This document shows positions 41,282 through 48,831 of a stretch of 64,000 nt of DNA, in pieces. Numbering within the stretch: position 1 is the stretch's first letter; each line of letters opens with the position of its first letter. The stretch covers positions 76,563 through 140,562 of the forward strand of contig CAWJDA010000023.1 in NCBI GenBank assembly GCA_963841525.1. Reading direction: 5' to 3'. This stretch comes from an uncultured Solirubrobacterales bacterium (lineage in GTDB: Bacteria; Actinomycetota; Thermoleophilia; Solirubrobacterales; 70-9). A program made the position numbers and the translations under genes. The notes below the pieces were generated by a model. That model was not told the origin of the DNA. It searched no databases and worked only from the letters and a program-made list of their open reading frames with translations.

Positions 41282-41776
41282 ATGCCCTCACTGGGGTCAG
41301 CTCTCCTCTCCGGCTCCCCACGCTCTGACAGTATCGCGAACCTGGCCGCCCAGGACCCTAACTGCCGCTTCTGTCAGATCATCGCCGGGGACGAGTCCGC
41401 CCACCTGGTCCTCGAGGATGAGCACTCGATCGCCTTCCTCGACAATCGCCCGCTCTTCCCCGGGCACTCACTGCTCGTGCCGCGTGACCACCACGAGACG
41501 CTCGGCGACCTACCCGACGAGCTGGTCGGCCCGCTCTTCGAGAGCGCCAGGCTGCTCTCGGTAGCCGTGCCGAAGGCGATGAGGAAGCCGGGATCGTTCG
41601 TGGCGCTCAACAACGTGGTGAGCCAGAGCGTTCCGCACCTGCATGTCCACGTGGTCCCGCGCAAGCCGAAGGACGGACTGCGGGGCTTCTTCTGGCCGCG
41701 GACGAAGTACGACTCGGAGGATCAGATGCGCGAGGTCGCCGAGCGCGTCCGGCGGGCGGTCGACCGGGCTACTTGA
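41282..41776 (+). CDS. HIT family hydrolase
   Basis: CRFCQIIAG...SVPHLHVHVVPRK. The start is uncertain, and ATG 41282 was chosen. Confidence 0.8.
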   Translation: MPSLGSALLSGSPRSDSIANLAAQDPNCRFCQIIAGDESAHLVLEDEHSIAFLDNRPLFPGHSLLVPRDHHETLGDLPDELVGPLFESARLLSVAVPKAMRKPGSFVALNNVVSQSVPHLHVHVVPRKPKDGLRGFFWPRTKYDSEDQMREVAERVRRAVDRAT

Positions 41777-42449
41777 GGTTCGCGTTCGCCTTGGCGGGCG
41801 CGCCGAAGGGGATGTCGGCGGTGACCGAGACCTTCGCCGAGCTCTTCTTGCTCAGCTTGCTCTTGCCCGACTTGCTGAGCTTCACCTTCACGGTCTGGGC
41901 TCCGGCGGCCAGGGTGGCGGTCGTCTTGCCGATGGTGGCCTTGCCGAGCTTGGCCGTGACGGTGGCGCCGTTGACCTGCGTACTGGCTGTGACCGCGAGC
42001 AGGAGACCCTTCTTGACGGCCTTGGAGATCGTCTTCGTGCGCACCTTGGCTGTCGCTGACGGCCGCGCCTGCGGAGTGCCGTTTGGATCGACCACCAGCG
42101 TCGCCTGCATGGTGACCGGGTGGATCGTGCAGAAGAACTTGTACGTACCCGCGCTCAGGTACTGGGTGCCCTGGACGCCGGTGGTCCCGCCGGGGATCGT
42201 CGGGGTGCGGAACAGCGCTCCCCCGTCAGGGCCTTTCTGGTGGGCCGTGACGTTGTGGGTGTTCCCGGTTACCTGGAACGGGACGATTTCGCCCTGGTCG
42301 GCGTGGTAAGTCGGGAACGGTGCCCCGTCCCCTCCGGTGAAGGTGTCGTCGATCTGGCCGACGATCGGCTGGGAGGCCGCCAAGGCGATCCCACCGGCGA
42401 ACAACACTCCGGCGACGATCAATCCCGCGACGAGTCCCAGCCGCTTCAT
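41769..42449 (-). CDS. cupredoxin-like (plastocyanin/azurin family) copper protein with K/T/A-rich C-terminal tail
   Basis: MKRLGLVAGLIVAGVLFAGG anchor, HNV...FFCTIHPVTM copper-ligand pattern. Confidence 0.75.
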   Translation of the reverse strand: MKRLGLVAGLIVAGVLFAGGIALAASQPIVGQIDDTFTGGDGAPFPTYHADQGEIVPFQVTGNTHNVTAHQKGPDGGALFRTPTIPGGTTGVQGTQYLSAGTYKFFCTIHPVTMQATLVVDPNGTPQARPSATAKVRTKTISKAVKKGLLLAVTASTQVNGATVTAKLGKATIGKTTATLAAGAQTVKVKLSKSGKSKLSKKSSAKVSVTADIPFGAPAKANANLK

Positions 42450-42526
42450 TCCGTCCCTGGACTTCACCACCACGTTGATTTATACGACAGATTCGCCCGG
42501 CGGGATTGCCCGAATGCGGAACGGGA

Positions 42527-44887
42527 TCAGGCGGTCGGGGTGACGCGGTAGGCGTCGAAGACCGACTCGACGTTCCGCAGGCGCGAGATGCACTGCTTGA
42601 GCTGCTCGGTGTCCCCCACCTCCAGGACGAAGCGGTTCTTCACCATCGGGTGCTTGGTCGCGCAGCGAGCCTCCAGGATGTTCAGGCCGGCCTCCGCGAA
42701 GGTCCTGGAGAGATCCTCGAGGAGGCGGGTTCGGTCCCACGCATCGACCTGGAGCTCCACCCGATACGAGGACTCGTTGTCGCCGTCCCAATTGACCTCG
42801 GTGAAGCGCTCGGGCGCCTTCTTCAGCGCCGCCACGTTGCGGCAATCCTCCCGGTGCACGGTGATGCCCCGGCCCAGCGAGACGTAACCGACGATCTGGT
42901 CGCCGGGGACCGGGCGGCAGCACTTGGCGAGGCGGACCGCCACCTGCTCCACGCCCTTCACCTTGATCCCGAAGCTGGTGGCCTCCCTGGTGCGGCGCCG
43001 CGCATCGTCGGTCCCCTTGATCAGGCCCTCGGCCGGCTCCTCCTCCACGGCCTCGCCGCGCTTGAGACGCTGCATCACCTTGTTGGTGACGACCTTCGTC
43101 GAGATCTTCGACTGGCCCAGGGCGATGTAGAAGTCGTCCGCCTTGCGGAAGCCCATCTCGCGGATCACGTCGACGAGCAGCGGCGAGCCGGCGAGCTTCT
43201 GGTAAGGGAGGCTGCGCTTCTTGAACGCCTGAGCGAGCTGGTCGCGCCCCTCGTGCTCGGCGTCCTCTCGGCCCTCGCGGGAGAACCAGGCGCGGATCTT
43301 GTTGCGGGCGCGCGTCGTCCGGACGAGCTTGAGCCAGTCCCGCGAGGGGCCACGGCCCTGCTTGGCGGTGAGCACCTCGACGATGTCGCCGCTGCGCAGC
43401 TGGTAGTGGAGCGGGACGATCTTGCCATTCACCTTTGCCCCGACGCAACGGTGGCCGACGTCGGTGTGGATCGAGTAGGCGAAGTCCAGGGGCGTCGAGC
43501 CGGCCGCCAGGTTCTTGACCTCGCCCTTCGGCGTGAAGACGAAGACCTCGTCCTCGAAGAGGTCGACCTTGAGCGCTTCCAGGAAGGCCTTCGGGCCCTG
43601 ATCCTGCTCGTTCTCGATCAGCTGCCGGAGCCAGGTCATCTTCTCCTTGCCGCCGTCGCCCGAGGAGGCGCCCTCCTTGTAGATCACGTGGGCGGCGATC
43701 CCGTACTCGGCGAGCTCGTGCATCTCCGGTGTCCGGATCTGGATCTCGAGGGGGCGGCCCTCGGGCCCGATCACGGTGGTGTGTAGCGCCTGGTAGGCGT
43801 TCGCCTTGGGCATCGCGACGAAGTCCTTGAAGCGGCCCGGCAGCGGCTTCCAGAGGGAGTGCACGATTCCGATGGCGCCGTAGCAGTCCTTGACGGACCC
43901 GACCAGGACGCGCATCGCGGTCAGGTCGAAGATCTCGTTGAACTCGCGGCCCTTGCGGGTCATCTTCGTGTAAATGGAGTAGAAGTGCTTGGCCCGGCCT
44001 GAGATCTGGGCGTCGATGCCGACCTTCTTCAGCTCCTTGGCCAGGAACTCGCCCGCCTCCTCGACGTAGCGCTCGCGTTCGGCGCGCTGCTGCGCGACCA
44101 GCTCCTTGATCTCGTCGTAGCGCCGCGGGTGGAGCGTCGCGAAGGAGAGGTCCTCGAGCTCCCACTTGATCGCGTGGATCCCGAGACGGTGCGCGAGCGG
44201 GGCGAAGATCTCGAGCGTCTCGCGCGCCTTCTCCTGCTGCTTCTGCTTGGGAAGCGCGCCGATGGTGCGCATGTTGTGAAGGCGGTCGGCCAGCTTGATC
44301 AGGATCACCCTGACGTCGGTGGCCATCGCGACCATCATCTTGCGGTAGTTCTCGGCCTGCCTCTCGTCGCGGCTCTTGAAGGTGATCTCGGTGAGCTTGG
44401 TGACTCCGTCGACGAGCTGGGCGATCTCGTCGCCGAAGTCGTCGCGCACATGGTCGAGGCTGGCGCTGGTGTCCTCGACCGTGTCGTGGAGGAGGGCGGC
44501 GCAGAGGGTCGCGGTGTCGAGGCGAAGGCCCGCGCAGATCCGCGCCACGCCGAGGGGATGGGTGATGAAATCCTCGCCGGACTTGCGCTCCTGGCCGGCG
44601 TGGCTCTCACAGGCGAAGGCGAAGGCGCGCTCGAGCTCCTGGCGGTCGATGGGCTCGACCTCCTCGGATTTGTGCTCCTCGATGACCGCGAAAAGGTCGC
44701 CGAGCAGAGCGCGCTGGTCGGCGGTCAGCTCGCGCGTGATCGCGTCCGCACGAGGAGTGCTCGAGCGCCCGGCGGGCTCCCCGACGCGAGTGTGACCGCG
44801 GCGATCGCCGTCGCGCAGGCGCTGGCGGTCGCCGGGCGCCTTGCCCTTCTCGGTGTTCGCTACGCCTGTGCTCTGCTTCGCAGGAAT
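42527..44887 (-). CDS. relA: RelA/SpoT-family (p)ppGpp synthetase/hydrolase; start uncertain
   Basis: HD domain (HAGQERKSGEDFITHPLGVA, LLHDTVEDT), synthetase, TGS and ACT regions. There is no ATG/GTG/TTG between the recJ stop and the HD domain. The 5' end given is an in-frame ATT 7 nt after AGGAGG, and the first canonical in-frame start is GTG 45001. Confidence 0.85.
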   Translation of the reverse strand: MPAKQSTGVANTEKGKAPGDRQRLRDGDRRGHTRVGEPAGRSSTPRADAITRELTADQRALLGDLFAVIEEHKSEEVEPIDRQELERAFAFACESHAGQERKSGEDFITHPLGVARICAGLRLDTATLCAALLHDTVEDTSASLDHVRDDFGDEIAQLVDGVTKLTEITFKSRDERQAENYRKMMVAMATDVRVILIKLADRLHNMRTIGALPKQKQQEKARETLEIFAPLAHRLGIHAIKWELEDLSFATLHPRRYDEIKELVAQQRAERERYVEEAGEFLAKELKKVGIDAQISGRAKHFYSIYTKMTRKGREFNEIFDLTAMRVLVGSVKDCYGAIGIVHSLWKPLPGRFKDFVAMPKANAYQALHTTVIGPEGRPLEIQIRTPEMHELAEYGIAAHVIYKEGASSGDGGKEKMTWLRQLIENEQDQGPKAFLEALKVDLFEDEVFVFTPKGEVKNLAAGSTPLDFAYSIHTDVGHRCVGAKVNGKIVPLHYQLRSGDIVEVLTAKQGRGPSRDWLKLVRTTRARNKIRAWFSREGREDAEHEGRDQLAQAFKKRSLPYQKLAGSPLLVDVIREMGFRKADDFYIALGQSKISTKVVTNKVMQRLKRGEAVEEEPAEGLIKGTDDARRRTREATSFGIKVKGVEQVAVRLAKCCRPVPGDQIVGYVSLGRGITVHREDCRNVAALKKAPERFTEVNWDGDNESSYRVELQVDAWDRTRLLEDLSRTFAEAGLNILEARCATKHPMVKNRFVLEVGDTEQLKQCISRLRNVESVFDAYRVTPTA

Positions 44888-47472
44888 CGGATCGCCTCCT
44901 GGTGTCTGGCGAGACAGTCCGCGTAGGCCCTGGATCGCCTCAGATCGGTCCTCTCCGAGGATAAGACGCGCAGAGAGTCGGCGCCGCGATCGGGCCGCCA
45001 CTCGCAGAGGCCGATCTCGCAGAGAACACGCACGCAGCGAGCGGCGGTCTCGGGCGTCCTCGGGTAGTCGGAGGCTCCTTCGAGGGTCCTGCGGAGGGCG
45101 GCTCCCTCCGCCTCTCCCCCGGCCTCGGAGAGCGCGCGCCAGATCTCGGCGATCGAGCCGCGCAGCTCCCACTCCCGGACGAGCAGCCGCTCGGTCAGCT
45201 CGAGCTCGGGCGGGCCCCAGGCGAGGTGGAGATAGCCGGCGCCCGTCAGGGCCAGGCCCTCGAGCGGCTCGCTCGGCGGCGGATCGATCACCACCACGTG
45301 GTTGAAGAGGGGCGGGGCGTCCGGTCGTCGCGCGATCGCGGTCCAGTCGACCAACACGAGGCCTGCTCCGGGGGCCTTGCGCAGGGTCGCGTTGAGGGAC
45401 TCGCCTCCACAGCGGCAGCAGGCGATCCGGGGCAATGCCGCGCCGAAGCGGCGCGGGTCAGCGGCGGAGGAGGCGAGCTTCGCGCGGCGGGCGGCGTCGG
45501 CGCAGATCGCGAGGACCGATTCGCCGCTCGAGATCAGCTCCGCCAGTGAGGCGACGGCCGCGCCGCCGCGGCGATCGACCAGCTGGCGCCGGGGTCCGCC
45601 CGCCGTCCTTACGTCGAGCAGGGCTCCGGGGCGGCCATCGGCGACCCTCGCCAGCTCGTAGTCGAGCCGGGCCCACCATTCGTCGTCCTGGGCCGGGCAA
45701 CCGTCGCCGCAGGGGCGGGAAGCCGGCTCCGCGTCGGCCTGCTCGAGCGGGTAGAGCTCGCGGACGATGACCCTCGGCTGTTCGGCGCCGTTCCAGCGGT
45801 CGACCTCGAGTTCGATCGAGAGATCAAGGGCCTGGTCCTCGCTGCGCGTGATCTGCCCGTTGATGCCGAAGGCCACGCCGGCCGCTCGCCCGGCCCCGCT
45901 CTCGAGCTGGAAGCGGGAGTGCTTGCCCTCCTCGCCAAGAGGACGCACCTCGCGCAGGCGGCCCGAGGGAACGAGCAGGCGCGGTCCCGGGTTCCCCACG
46001 CCGAAGGGGCCCAGGGTCTCGAGCTGTCGCGCGAGGTCCATGCCGATGCCGTCGCGACCGACCCCGACGAGGGCATCGAGGTGGTCCGTCCGGACCAGGT
46101 CGGCGGGATCGATGTTCGCCGCCGCGTGCGCGATGAACGCCTCCCGGAAGGCGTCAAGCCGATCGACCTCCAGCTCGAGGCCGGCCGCGGCACGATGGCC
46201 GCCGTAGCGGCCGAGGTGCTCGGAGGTGGCTTCGAGCGCCGCGACGAGGTCGAAACCGGGGATGCTGCGGGCGGAGCCCTTGGCCCGGGCGCCGTCGATC
46301 GAGAGCAGGATGGTGGGGCGGAAGTGGCGCTCCACCATCCGCGAGGCTGCGATGCCCACCACGCCTGGATGCCATCCCTCCCCGGTCAGGATCAAGGCGG
46401 GTGCGTCGGCCTGCTCCGGAGGCAGGGCGGCCCGGGCGCGCTCGGCGCCCTCCACCACCTTCTGCTCGGCCCAGCGGCGTTCCCCGTTGGCCAGGTCGAG
46501 CTCCTGCGCGATCGCGTTCGCGCGGTCGCGGTCGTCGGTGAGCATCAGCTCGACACCCGCGTCGGCCCGATAGAGGCGTCCGGCCGCGTTGATCCGGGGG
46601 GCCAGGCGGAATCCCAGAGCACCCGCGTCGACGGTCTGCGGATCCACGGAGGCAGCGGCCATCAGGGCGCGCAGCCCGACCCGCGCATCGTCGCGCATCA
46701 GTCGCAGCCCCTCTCGAACGAGGCGACGGTTCTCCCCGACCAGGGGGACCATGTCGGCGACGGTCGCGAGGGCGACCATGTCCAGATCGCGGTCGCAGGG
46801 GTGGCGGCGGCCGCCGACGGTCTCGACCGCCCCGCGACCCGCTGCGTCACACAGGGCGATGGCGAGCTTGTGGGCGACGCCGGCGGCGCAGAGCCCCTCG
46901 AAGGGGTAATTCGAGACGACGGGATGGATCACCGGGCACTCGGGGAGCTGCTCGCCCGGGAGGTGATGGTCGGTGACGACGGCCTGGATTCCGGCGGCGC
47001 GAGCGGCGGCCACCTCCTCCACGGAGCCGATCCCGCAGTCGACCGTGATCACGAGGTCCGTCCCTCGGCGCTGGAGCTGCTCCACGCTCGACATCGTCAG
47101 CCCGTAGCCGTCCGCGAGGCGGTCGGGGATCAGCCAGTCGCAGGTGGCGCCGAGCGAGCGGAGCGTCGAGACCATGATCGCGGTCGAGCAGACTCCGTCG
47201 ACGTCGTAGTCGCCGTGGATGGTGATTCGGCCGCCGCCGCGCACGACCGGGAGAATCAACTCGCAGACCTCGTCCATCCCGCGGAACTCGGTGGGCTCGT
47301 GGGACTCGCGGGCCTCGAGGAAGCGCCTGGCCGCGTCAACCGTGCGATAGCCGCGGCGGACCAGCGTCACGGCGACCGGCTCGGCCAGCTCCAGCTCCGC
47401 GGCGAGGCGGCGAACCTCTCCGTAGTCGTAGGGGTCCGCCTGAAAGGCGCGAGCGGGTCCAGGCGAGGCCAT
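44860..47472 (-). CDS. recJ: single-stranded-DNA-specific exonuclease RecJ with about 300 aa C-terminal extension
   Basis: 870 aa, ITIHGDYDVDGVCS, VVTDHHLPG and GGHRAAAGL. The sequence after about residue 560 has no motif I recognise. Confidence 0.9.
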   Translation of the reverse strand: MASPGPARAFQADPYDYGEVRRLAAELELAEPVAVTLVRRGYRTVDAARRFLEARESHEPTEFRGMDEVCELILPVVRGGGRITIHGDYDVDGVCSTAIMVSTLRSLGATCDWLIPDRLADGYGLTMSSVEQLQRRGTDLVITVDCGIGSVEEVAAARAAGIQAVVTDHHLPGEQLPECPVIHPVVSNYPFEGLCAAGVAHKLAIALCDAAGRGAVETVGGRRHPCDRDLDMVALATVADMVPLVGENRRLVREGLRLMRDDARVGLRALMAAASVDPQTVDAGALGFRLAPRINAAGRLYRADAGVELMLTDDRDRANAIAQELDLANGERRWAEQKVVEGAERARAALPPEQADAPALILTGEGWHPGVVGIAASRMVERHFRPTILLSIDGARAKGSARSIPGFDLVAALEATSEHLGRYGGHRAAAGLELEVDRLDAFREAFIAHAAANIDPADLVRTDHLDALVGVGRDGIGMDLARQLETLGPFGVGNPGPRLLVPSGRLREVRPLGEEGKHSRFQLESGAGRAAGVAFGINGQITRSEDQALDLSIELEVDRWNGAEQPRVIVRELYPLEQADAEPASRPCGDGCPAQDDEWWARLDYELARVADGRPGALLDVRTAGGPRRQLVDRRGGAAVASLAELISSGESVLAICADAARRAKLASSAADPRRFGAALPRIACCRCGGESLNATLRKAPGAGLVLVDWTAIARRPDAPPLFNHVVVIDPPPSEPLEGLALTGAGYLHLAWGPPELELTERLLVREWELRGSIAEIWRALSEAGGEAEGAALRRTLEGASDYPRTPETAARCVRVLCEIGLCEWRPDRGADSLRVLSSERTDLRRSRAYADCLARHQEAIRFLRSRAQA

Positions 47473-47543
47473 CCCGCCAACTTAAGTTCGCCCCCCGACG
47501 GAATCTCCGGCCCGAGCCGCGAGAGCCCTCGGGTAAGGGTGGA

Positions 47544-47581
47544 TTGGCGAGTTCTTGTCGCATAGCGCCAAGAAGTCGCCA
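47544..47581. repeat. 39 bp imperfect palindrome, copy A (immediately 3' of the DUF559 gene stop)
   Basis: TTGGCGAGTTCTTGTCGCATAGCGCCAAGAAGTCGCCA. One mismatch to copy B over 38 nt. Confidence 0.85.
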
Positions 47582-47584
47582 GCC

Positions 47585-48448
47585 CTAGCGGCGCAGCAAC
47601 GTCCGGATCGTTCGTGCCAACGCAGTCGCTTCGGCCTCGACCTGCCTCCAGGTAAAGCGCAGCACGTCGTGGCCGAGCAGCATCAGGCGAGCATCCCGCG
47701 CGCGGTCCTCCTCGAAGGCGGACCGAGTGCGGTGCGACTCCCAGCCGTCCACCTCGACCACAAGACCCTGAGCGCGCCACAGGAAGTCGACCTCATATCG
47801 GTCGATTCGCACGTTCACCTCCGGCTGAGGAAGGCGGTGGCGCCGACAGAGGGCCAGGAAGAGAGCCTCGAGTTCGGTGCGCGTGCGGTCCACATTGGGG
47901 CGGTCCCCGATCGCGAGCGTGAGGTACTCGGCCTCACGAAGCGCCGAAGCGAGCTTCGTGCCAGGAAGAACATGGCGTAGATCTTCCAGCGTGCGCCCCG
48001 GCGTCGTGACGGGAATGCCCTGGCGGATCGTGCAGTGGGCCGGGGAAAGGGTGAGTGACCGGTGCAGTCGAATCCCCCGGCGCCTTGCCCGGCCACCATC
48101 GCCAGGGACGGTCACATCGATCAGGCCGCCGCCCGAACGGTCCTGACCGTGCGGCGGGACCGCAAGGATCCTCCACAGCCCGGCCGCGCTGCGATGGCTG
48201 AGGACCGCTCCCGCTCCATAGGCAAGCACCGCCGCCATCCACCTGCCCTCATTGCTGATGTTGGGATGCCCTACCGCATAGATGCCGCGATGCATACGGT
48301 GAAGGTGGCCGGCCGCGGCGCGGCGCTTAACTGCGCTCGGATCGAGTCCGCAAGCGTTCAACTGCGGCAATGAAATGACGCCGTGCTGGCGAGCGGCGAT
48401 ACGGGCCACGGCGGCATCCCGACGTTGGTTGGCGAGTTCTTGTCGCAT
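47585..48448 (-). CDS. AbiEi_4-like wHTH + DUF559 (Vsr-like endonuclease fold) protein
   Basis: 287 aa, MRQELANQRRDAAVARIAARQHGVISLPQL...GIYAVGH, C-terminus EVDFLWRAQGLVVEVDGWESH...DARLMLLGHDVLRFTW. Confidence 0.8.
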   Translation of the reverse strand: MRQELANQRRDAAVARIAARQHGVISLPQLNACGLDPSAVKRRAAAGHLHRMHRGIYAVGHPNISNEGRWMAAVLAYGAGAVLSHRSAAGLWRILAVPPHGQDRSGGGLIDVTVPGDGGRARRRGIRLHRSLTLSPAHCTIRQGIPVTTPGRTLEDLRHVLPGTKLASALREAEYLTLAIGDRPNVDRTRTELEALFLALCRRHRLPQPEVNVRIDRYEVDFLWRAQGLVVEVDGWESHRTRSAFEEDRARDARLMLLGHDVLRFTWRQVEAEATALARTIRTLLRR

Positions 48449-48467
48449 ATCGCCAAGAAGTCGCCAA
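48429..48467. repeat. 39 bp imperfect palindrome, copy B (contains the DUF559 gene start codon)
   Basis: TTGGCGAGTTCTTGTCGCATATCGCCAAGAAGTCGCCAA. Arms are TTGGCGAsTTCTTG / CAAGAAsTCGCCAA, and the ATG lies at 48448..48446. Confidence 0.85.
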
Positions 48468-48558
48468 CTCCCCCGAACTCGCCCCCCTTCATCGCCGGTT
48501 TGGGGCCCGCGACCCCGGCGGTGCCCCCTTCATCGCCGGTTTTCGGCCCGGCGCGGCG

Positions 48559-48831
48559 CTAGATGTGCTCCGCCTCCACGCCCGAGCGCACGCCGATCGC
48601 GTAAACGATCGCGAGTCCGATCACGCAGCCCGGCACGGCGTAGAGGGCGGTCGCGAGATCGGTGTCCCCCACCCCCTTGCCGAGCGCGATCTGGGCGATC
48701 GCTCCGCTGACCATCGCGCCGGCCGCCGAGCCCAGGAAGGCGCCCACGATGCCGCCCCAGAAGCGGTCGGGGACGAACACCGTGAAGTGCCAGAGCGCTA
48801 CGCCCATCGTGAACCAGACCAGCACCGACAT
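48559..48831 (-). CDS. GlsB/YeaQ/YmgE-family small membrane protein
   Basis: 90 aa, Gly-rich TM helices (GGIVGAFLGSAAGAMVSG). Confidence 0.85.
   Translation of the reverse strand: MSVLVWFTMGVALWHFTVFVPDRFWGGIVGAFLGSAAGAMVSGAIAQIALGKGVGDTDLATALYAVPGCVIGLAIVYAIGVRSGVEAEHI

Noticed and set aside
42480-44165. Same-strand alternative-frame ORFs inside relA (42480..44165) and secDF (49069..51129)
   Set aside because: They are Arg/Pro/Gly-rich out-of-frame readings of genes whose primary frames have clear catalytic motifs.
47336-47563. 75 aa ORF starting MRQELAN, apparently a second DUF559-like gene start
   Set aside because: Only the first 7 codons come from the duplicated palindrome. The rest is an out-of-frame reading across the recJ 5' region.
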